Of a stretch of 57,828 nt of DNA, positions 31,201-38,800 are shown in pieces. A program made the translations under genes and the position numbers. The stretch covers positions 1 through 57,828 of the forward strand of contig JAHDBF010000003.1 of NCBI GenBank assembly GCA_020630525.1, read 5' to 3'. Numbering within the stretch: position 1 is the first letter of the stretch; each line of letters opens with the position of its first letter. The notes under the pieces were generated by a model. It was given only the letters and a program-made list of their open reading frames with translations, was not told the DNA's origin and searched no databases. The stretch comes from Saprospiraceae bacterium. GTDB taxonomy: Bacteria > Bacteroidota > Bacteroidia > Chitinophagales > Saprospiraceae.

Positions 31201-32630
31201 GAGAAGCTGATGAAGATGATTATTTGGAAGGTGATGCAGAACAATGGTTAGCAAGTTCTAACTCAAGTGCGAGAGTATTTGATTGTGATGATTATGCTCT
31301 AGCTTTGGCTAATGGAGGAATGTTACCAGTAGAGATTTATGCATGGGATGAATGTGGAAATTATGATTTCTGTGTAGTAAACTTAACATTAGTAGACAAC
31401 CAAGATATTTGCGGAATCGAAGGAAATAGAGCTATAGTTTCTGGTTCAATACTTACAGACAACGGTGCTCCAATATCAAACGTAGATGTTAATATTTCTG
31501 CGAATACTGAAGGTGGATACAATAATACAGTAACAACCAATAATATTGGTGAGTATGTCTTTACAGATGTTATTACAAATAACAGTTATTCAATTAATGG
31601 AGATAAGGATATTGATTGGATGAATGGTGTTTCTACATTGGATTTAGTATTAATTCAAAAGCATATTCTTGGATTAGAGAACTTTGATTCGCCATATAAA
31701 TTGATCGCAGCAGATGCTAACAATGATGAAAGAGTTTCTTCAATAGATTTGATTAGCCTAAGAAAATTAATTTTAGGAATTGAGACTAATATATCTGGAA
31801 ATACTTCTTGGAGATTTATGCCTTCTTCACTTTCTATGGATCCACAAAATCCTTGGAACTTTAATGAAAATATTAATATCCAAAACTTACTAGCTAATAC
31901 GCTCGAAGAAAACTTTATAGGTGTAAAAGTAGGTGATGTAAACTCAACAAATGATTTCGCCGCTGATGCAACATCTTTAAGAAGTACATCTTCTTTAGAT
32001 TTTAATATAAATGAAGTAAGAGAAAATGGAATTGTTACCCTAGAATTTAGTTCAACAAATTTCAATGATATTCATGGATTCCAATTTACTTTAGAAACTT
32101 CAAACCTTGAAATATTAAGTGTACATGCTAAAGGAATTGATCTTAATGAAAGTAATGTAGCAAACTTTAATGACAAGTTAAGTGTAAGTTGGTTTACTGA
32201 TAAAGCAAGATCATTAGATTCAGAAGTATTGTTTACAGTTACAGCAAATGAGTTGTCTACTGCAAGTACAAAACTTAACATAACTGATGCGATTACTGTT
32301 TCAGAAGCTTATGATTCTGCATATAATGTGTTAGATGTTAATTTAATAAATACTGTTGATGCAGAGTTTGCATTAGTATCTATTGAGCCGAATCCATGGA
32401 AAGAACAATCACAAATAATTTTTAATATTGATTCTGATAAAGAAGTTTCAATAACTATCTATGATACAACTGGTAAAACAGTGTATGAAAACAGTGATTT
32501 CTTCACCAAAGGATTAAACGCTTTTAACCTTAATGAAGGAGAATTACTTACTGATAAATCAGGTATTTTCTATTACACAATCTCTGATGGAACTCAGTTT
32601 TTAACAGCAAAAATGATAAAGATTAAGTAA
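28248..32630 (+). CDS. Giant secreted cysteine-rich HYR-like repeat protein B (1460 aa), T9SS cargo, paralog of A
   Basis: - Signal peptide MKRIITLTLLHMLITNMCYSQ.
- Same landmark order as A: CNDLINISLDLGCDAEITVDMV..CWGEILAEDK, LRMWTILDWCTST, SVDPWSC..PEHLHDNC, NGSHDGCGPVHLEIRR, FKVLNHWTVINWC, KKKPTPYC.
- CTD: IEPNPWKEQSQIIF..ITIYDTTGKTV..GIFYYTI. Confidence 0.85.
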   Translation: MKRIITLTLLHMLITNMCYSQCQISCNDLINISLDLGCDAEITVDMVYEGSYDPACNFFVVLDGIGGNMIDAPGNYTYRLYSPEGNFCWGEILAEDKELPAPNCTCESAFIDNGAGVLVPDPNCTFRCYDVWDLEILEADGGNNELLPDVDDNLPSDNCLVFDDPAINISIFDGANCEDKIVRRQIIYSYPNWDGTTGYVECNQEFLFQSIDVASLGSTTDGVWPNNPDEGNFDYYTPQEFVDMPCGSETTPAAIVAHFDLDTPGRPAGKDRDDYDNTPNIVEFNEGYAYAYPYVVVQGWRGNYHAKPIINNICNIYASYTDDNIDGCGVGCKGNEKVLRMWTILDWCTSTTLEFTQIISTKDIEAPTVSQGDLTYSVDPWSCARNIEFPAPEHLHDNCDSDLSYGIIAPTGISINGNTAYDVPKGIHTFYYTATDCCGNVGSSAVQVSINDLTPPTAITVEHIVLNLTNDVDADGIAKLYAQYADNGSHDGCGPVHLEIRRVEDICGFVGNTTFNNDNHSNDDINDPDGGDYVKFCCEDVDPTNIDSITGNAFGEVDVILRVWDDGDMDGTFGTAGDNYNESWLTVRVEDKLDPIVVCPPHVIMECDEDFLDYDFTGVPVVFNTCSEGVCEITDNNPRDQFQKKSTNAQPLQGVEVPAYNPSCRSGAIKRTWTCGEKTCVQWIIVNEEPNQTLVVDYPEDQEVTCSDFDAGEPTYTDQQCELIGVNMESDTFFFEDGACFKVLNHWTVINWCDYDAEDTDLNEITEPTDDGVVPGISTHTQVIKMVDDVRPELVIQDTCFAVTVDCTSENLVLKATATDNGACGSPWLKWEVEVDAWSDWDVDWTYSSFLPADNDYYINPTAGSGSFSAPTANGESVCIALPDGIPSACGLPHRVLWKVHDGCGNTTTGTSYFTVEDKKKPTPYCLNLSTALMVDGSVELWARDFNAGSFDNCTEQDYLKYTFSSVVPAQLLDDSLDPWYDADGEADEDDYLEGDAEQWLASSNSSARVFDCDDYALALANGGMLPVEIYAWDECGNYDFCVVNLTLVDNQDICGIEGNRAIVSGSILTDNGAPISNVDVNISANTEGGYNNTVTTNNIGEYVFTDVITNNSYSINGDKDIDWMNGVSTLDLVLIQKHILGLENFDSPYKLIAADANNDERVSSIDLISLRKLILGIETNISGNTSWRFMPSSLSMDPQNPWNFNENINIQNLLANTLEENFIGVKVGDVNSTNDFAADATSLRSTSSLDFNINEVRENGIVTLEFSSTNFNDIHGFQFTLETSNLEILSVHAKGIDLNESNVANFNDKLSVSWFTDKARSLDSEVLFTVTANELSTASTKLNITDAITVSEAYDSAYNVLDVNLINTVDAEFALVSIEPNPWKEQSQIIFNIDSDKEVSITIYDTTGKTVYENSDFFTKGLNAFNLNEGELLTDKSGIFYYTISDGTQFLTAKMIKIK
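31435..32627 (+). other. C-terminal cassette of protein B (CarboxypepD_reg-like, dockerin-like, cohesin-like, T9SS CTD)
   Basis: - CarboxypepD_reg-like: VSGSILTDNGAPISNVDVNI...IGEYVF.
- Dockerin-like, 31614-31822: DWMNGVSTLDLVLIQKHILG...AADANNDERVSSIDLISLRKLILGI...TSWRF.
- Cohesin-like: IHGFQFTLETSNLEILSV...VLFTVTA.
- CTD from about 32376. Confidence 0.6.
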
Positions 32631-32654
32631 TTTAATCTATTCAAATACTTGAAA

Positions 32655-32686
32655 AGGGTTAGCAGGAATCTGCTAACCCTTTTTTT
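32655..32686 (+). terminator. Rho-independent terminator after gene B
   Basis: Perfect 11-bp stem agggttagcag / ctgctaaccct, 4-nt loop, T6. Confidence 0.85.
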
Positions 32687-32724
32687 ATTAGATTGTTAAA
32701 AATTAAAAAAAATCGTAATATGTA

Positions 32725-32754
32725 TTTGATATTATAAAAATCTATATATATTTG
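32725..32754 (+). promoter_or_regulatory. Bacteroidota-type promoter for gene C (-33 TTTG and -7 TAnnTTTG)
   Basis: TTTG at 32725-32728 and TATATTTG at 32747-32754 (18-nt spacer), about 120 nt upstream of the ATG. Confidence 0.5.
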
Positions 32755-32790
32755 CCTTTAAGAAACTATATTTTGACCTAAAACCGATTA

Positions 32791-32813
32791 ATCCTTCCCA
32801 AGGATAATAGTAG
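32791..32813 (+). promoter_or_regulatory. Conserved leader motif ATCCT-N7-GATAATAGTAG (copy 1, gene C)
   Basis: The same motif with the same 7-nt spacing recurs at 44556-44578 in the leader of gene D (18 of 23 positions identical). Confidence 0.5.
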
Positions 32814-32874
32814 ACTTTGGCTGCAAGTAGCAATACTTGTGGTTTAGAATTTTACAATTTAATTAAAGGTCACA

Positions 32875-35800
32875 ATGAGAAAATTATGTCCACTGGCAAG
32901 TACCGCCTCTAGGTTTGGTATGTTATTGTCAATCTTGATGAGTGTATTTAGTCATACTATCTATGCTCAATGTCCATCGAATTCAGTTTCGGGTTCCGTA
33001 TTTTTAGATTCAAATTTGGATGGCTCCATCAGCCAGTCAGAACAGGGTTTATCTAATCTAATGTTAAATGCATATGATTCAGATGGAATTTTTGTTTCTA
33101 GCACCACTACTAATAGTGATGGTGAATATCAATTTTTGAATTTAGATTCTGGAAGCTATAGATTTGAACTTAGCTATACATCAAACTATAGTTCCTCTCA
33201 AATAGGAGAAAACCACAAATCTGTAATCCAATTTTCTCAAACTGGAAATTGTGATTTGCACTTTGGATTAAAAGAAGCTTCTATATCATGCGCATCCAAT
33301 CCAGATATCATGGTTACCTGTTTTGTAAGAGGTGACTTTAATGAAAATAGTTCTTATGCAACTATTGTAGGTTTAGAACATGATTTCGGACCGGCTTCTA
33401 ACGTTCAAGTGTACGCTACTAAACAAGAAACTGGAAGTATCTGGGGATTGTCCTCTAGACCAAGTAGAAATGAAGTTTATTCTTCCGCATTTGTTAAGCA
33501 ATACGCATCATTAACTCCTAGTGGACACGATGCGATCTTTAAAACGGACCTTACAACTGGGACGACTGCTCTATTTACAGAGCTTTCTTCTTTAGGAGTA
33601 AATACAGGAACACTTTCTGTAACCGATCCTATGGCTTGTAACTATGGTGCACAAGTTGGAAAATTTGGAATAGGTAATATTGCGGTTTCACAAAATGAAG
33701 AATCACTGTATGCCGTAAATTTATTCGACAACACATTAGTTAAGATTTCATTAGACAATCCGACTCCAGCAACAACATCTATTTATAATATTCCAAACCC
33801 AGGATGTACAGCAGGATTTCCAAGAGCTTTTGCATTGGAATTTCATAATGGTAAATATTATGTCGGAGTGACTTGTGATGCTATGGGGAGCAAAAATGAA
33901 AATGACTCTTCCGCAACAGTTTATGAGTTTAACCCTGCAAGTGGTTCATTTACACAAATATTTCAAACAAATTATATAAAAGGTTATTGGTTAGATAATC
34001 CTTCGGATCAATTCGTAACTTCTCATTGGTTAACAGATATTGACTTTACTGATGAAGGCAATATGTTACTTGCAATTACAGATCGTATTGGACATAGATT
34101 TTGTAATGCAAACACTGGAAGAATAGATCAGCAATACCCAGACCTTTTAGTTGTATGGAATGACAATGGAATTTGGAAATTAGAGAGTAACGGAACAGCA
34201 GGTCCTCTTTCTGGTACAGGAGTAGGTAATAACCAAGGTCCAAATGGTGGAGAATTTTTTGGCAACGACTTTTATGCAGGCGACCCTAATTATCATTCCG
34301 AAGTTGCACTTGGTTCTGTACTCGCATTACCTGGTACAGGAGAGGTAATTGCTTCAGTCTACGATCCATTATATAATACATATTCTGGTGGATTGCATAG
34401 ATATAAAACAAACAATGGTTCTCTAGTCAATATTAAAGAATTATACACGTATAATATCTCAGAATATTTTGGTAAATCAACGGGCTTTGGAGAGATAATT
34501 GCCCTATGCCCTAGTGCTTCTCCTGAAATAGGAAACTATGTATGGGAAGATGCAGATGGTGATGGTATACAAGATGCTAATGAAAAACCAATTTCAGATT
34601 TACCTCTTTTAATATTTGATAGAGATTGTAATGAATTGGGTTCTACTACTACGGATAGACATGGTAACTATTCATTTAATAATTCCAATGTTACAGGAGG
34701 GATATTGGCCAATACTCAATATTTTATTGCTATTGATCCAGTAATCTGTAATGAAAGTGCTAATGTGTATACACTTAATGGAGTAAACTACAATCCAACA
34801 CGCTCAAATGTTGATACTAATTTGGGATCAGATTTAATTAGCAACCCTGGAGTATGCCCAGAGCATATTAAGGGATTTTATCTACCTGTTAGCCTTGGAT
34901 CAGAACAATCAGTAGATCACAGTTATGACATTGGACTTCTTACTCCTAATGACTTTGATTTAGCTTTGATGAAAACTGTGGATAATGCTGACAATGTAAG
35001 ACTTGGTGATGAATTGACATTTTCAATAGAAATATTTAATCAAGGTAATATAGCTGCTGCCTCAGTAGAAATTACTGATTATATAACAGAGAATTTTGAG
35101 TTTAATCCATTAAATAATTTAGGATGGTCAGAAGTTGATGGTAATTTGAAATATACACATTCAGAAATATTAATTCCAGGTGCAAGCTTTACGGTTGATT
35201 TAAAATTAACGGTTGTTGATAACAATATTAAAGCTTTCGCAAATTATGCTGAAATATCAAATACTGTAGATCAATTTGGAAGTATAAATAATGACAATGA
35301 TTCTCATGCAGATGATAATCCATTAAATGATACAGGTGCAATTCCTAATACTAGTACTGATAATGAAATTTATGATGATGGTACAAATGATGAAGATGAT
35401 CATGATGTAGCTCAAATAAATGTTTTAGATATAGCATTGAGAAAAGTAGCTAGTAATACTAATCCATATACACCTTTAGATTTTGTTACATATAATATAT
35501 CAATTTTTAATCAAGGTAATGTTGATATTTTATCATACACAGTTGCAGATTATTATCCATCATATCTAGATTTTGACCCTGCTCTAAACCCTGGATGGAC
35601 TGATAACGGGAATAACGTATTAACCTATGATTATAACGGTTTACTGGCAATAGGCGAAGCAGTTTCTATTCCAGTTACCTTTCAAATAAATGGATTTGAT
35701 GAAAATGGCGAAATAAGAAATATTGCAGAAATAAGTGAGGTATCTGGAGGTTCACCTAATACAAGAGACTTTGATTCTAATCCAGACCAAGATATGAATA

Positions 35801-38800
35801 ATGATAATCTTGAAGATGATATGATTGATGATATGGGCGAAAATGATGAAGACGATCATGACATAGCAGTAATTACCAGCTTGAATATTGATCTCGCACT
35901 TATTAAAACTGTTGATCAATCTTTGGTAAGAAAAGGCGAAGATGTCTTGTTTACAATACATGTTATAAATCAAGGAGAAGTTACCGTAAAAGATATTGAA
36001 ATTGTAGATTATCTGCCAGAAGGGCTTACCTTAATTGACCCAAATTGGTCAGTAAACTCAGTTGGTGATAAAGCATTCAGAACAATCAATATTCCAAATG
36101 GTCTCGCTCCAGGAGAAGACGTGAATACCACAATTCTATTTAGAGTAAATCAAGATGCGGATATAAAAGTCTTAATAAACTTTGCAGAAATTTATACTGT
36201 AATTGATTTAGATGGTAAAGATGTTGGTAATTTTGATATTGATTCTAAACCTGATGACATAAAATCTAACGATAATGGTGGTGATCTAGGAGATATTTAT
36301 GATGACTTTACAAGAGGAAATGGTGAAGATGACGAAGATGATTCTGACCCTGCAAAAGTTTATGTCGTCGAATATGAAATTACTGAACCATGCATATGTT
36401 TAAATAATTCAACGACTACCTCTGATGGTCAATTTGGAGAAACCATAGTTGTAACAGCACCTTCAGCACAAACCTGGAATATTGATTATGTAAATGGACT
36501 ATTTGATAGTTCAAGCTCAGCTCCGCCAGCTATTCCTACGCCATTCGTAACAGGATTTAGTGGCTATTCATTATCAGAATTTCCACTTGGAACTGGATAT
36601 AGTGAATACACTTTAACAGGAATTCATATCGATGGTCAGGGATATGATATAAGGTTAGTAAACGAATTTGGATATTTCTTACAGATAAGTTCTGAAGGAT
36701 GTACCTATGCTGATGGAACTATTCAGTCAGAAGAAAATCCATTTAGTGCTTGTATTAATAGCACACAAACGTACGAAACAGAATTAGCACCAGGTTGTAT
36801 TGTTAATTGGACTTTATCTGGTGGTGGTGTAATATCAGGTCCTGCTAACTTAGAATCTGTAACCGTAGATTGGGGTTCTGTTAGAGGAAATTATACATTA
36901 ACTGCTAACTTGACTTGTCCATCGGATTGTGACAAACCAACTTTCATAAATGTTAATTTAGGTTCTGCTATTGGACCAATCGCATGTCATGGAGAATTAA
37001 ATGTTTCACTTGATGGTGATTGTTCTGTAGAGATAACACCAGAAATGGTATTATCAATTACACCAGATCCTTTTGCAGGTTATGGGGTAATGCTACTAGA
37101 TCCTCACGGTGATCCAATGCCTGATAATATTGTAACTGCTGCAGAAATCGGACAAGATTTAATGATCAAAATTATAGATGCTTGTTCTGGTAATTCTTGT
37201 TGGTCTACATTAACTGTTGAGGATAAATATGCTCCAGTAATCCAATGTGATGACATCACCATTGATTGTAATTCATTAAAAACGTATGAACCAATTGCAA
37301 ATGACAATTGCGGAACGGTCGATACTATAATTATGATTTCAGAAGTGGTAACACCTTATGATTGCCATCCTATTTATGTAAAAGAAGTCACGAGATCATA
37401 TATAGCAAAAGATTCTTATGGAAATACTTCTCAGCCTTGTGAACAAACAATTTATGTAGAAAGATTTGATTTTGATGCAATCGTTTGTCCACCAAACTAT
37501 TTGGTAAATCCAGAAGAAGGAGATTTACCAGCATTAGCTTGTGGTGATATCACATATAATGAAGATGGTACTCCAGATATTAGTATTACAGGAGTTCCAA
37601 CTTATTTTGGATGGGATATTTATCCTTTCCCCGACTATTATTGTAATGTTGGTATTGAATACGAAGATTACATAATTTCAGAAACAGGCTGTGTCAAAAA
37701 GTATATGAGAACATGGACTTTTTATGAAGCATGGTGTGGGATAGGAGAGTACGTTCAATGTACCCAAACTATAGAAATTCAAGATTTAGAAGCTCCAACA
37801 GTGGTTTGTGATTCTGATATTACTATTAGCACAAATGGAGAATCATGTGAGAGAACTGTAGAGCTACCACTGCCTACTTCTATTTCAGATGATTGTACGA
37901 CTGAGGGTTTTGTAATTGATATCGCACATCCAAATGGGTTTTTAGATAATGTAACTGGCAATGGAGATACATTTGTAACACTCTCTGCTGGAACACATAC
38001 GGTAACGTATAACGTATATGATGAATGTCAGAATTTATCAACGTGCACTGTCGATATTGTCGTAAGAGACGAGACAAATCCTGTAGCAATTTGTGATGAA
38101 TTTACAACCATTGGATTAAGAGGAGATGGCTCTGCTGAAGCTTATGCGTCTGTTTTTGATGATGGAAGTTATGATGATTGCAACTTGTATAAATCATTGG
38201 TAAGAAGGATGGATCATGACGTGGAATCTTGTCCTTGCGAAATACCTTACTTTTCTGATATGCATTATCTTGGAGAGTATGAAGGCCACTACTATTATTT
38301 ATCAAAATCAAAAATGCCAGGCTATAAAGCTTACTGGTATTCCAATGCAATGGGTGGGCACCCAGCAATAATAGAAACTGCAGACGAAGATGCTTGGATC
38401 AGAACTCAAGCAGATTCATTGATATCTGGTGATGAATATTATATTGGTTTAAATGATATTGATGAAGAAGGGACTTTTGTTTGGAATAACAATCTACCGT
38501 TAAATTATAATAATTGGAATGGAGGAAGTCCTGTAAATATTGAAGATTACGTTATCACTAATGCGGATGGAACATGGTCTGTCACAAGCGCTGCGAGAGA
38601 AGAGGCATACATAATGGAAGTTTCAGATAGATGTGGATGGAGCGAAAAAGTAAACTTCTGTTGTGCTGACTTAGGAACTGATCATATGGTAGTTTACAGA
38701 GTAGTAGACTATTTTGGAAACACCAATATGTGTATGGTGACTACTGAAATACAAGATAAAATTCCACCACAAGTTAACTGTCCTCAAGACCTACAAGTTG

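Noticed and set aside
38260-38622. C-type lectin fold as the variable-region target of a diversity-generating retroelement (DGR).
   Set aside because: - No reverse transcriptase or accessory (Avd-like) ORF is present anywhere in the window, and I saw no second near-identical template copy of this segment.
- The CTLD is internal rather than C-terminal.
- A genome-wide search for an RT and an A-mismatched template repeat would be needed to exclude this fully.
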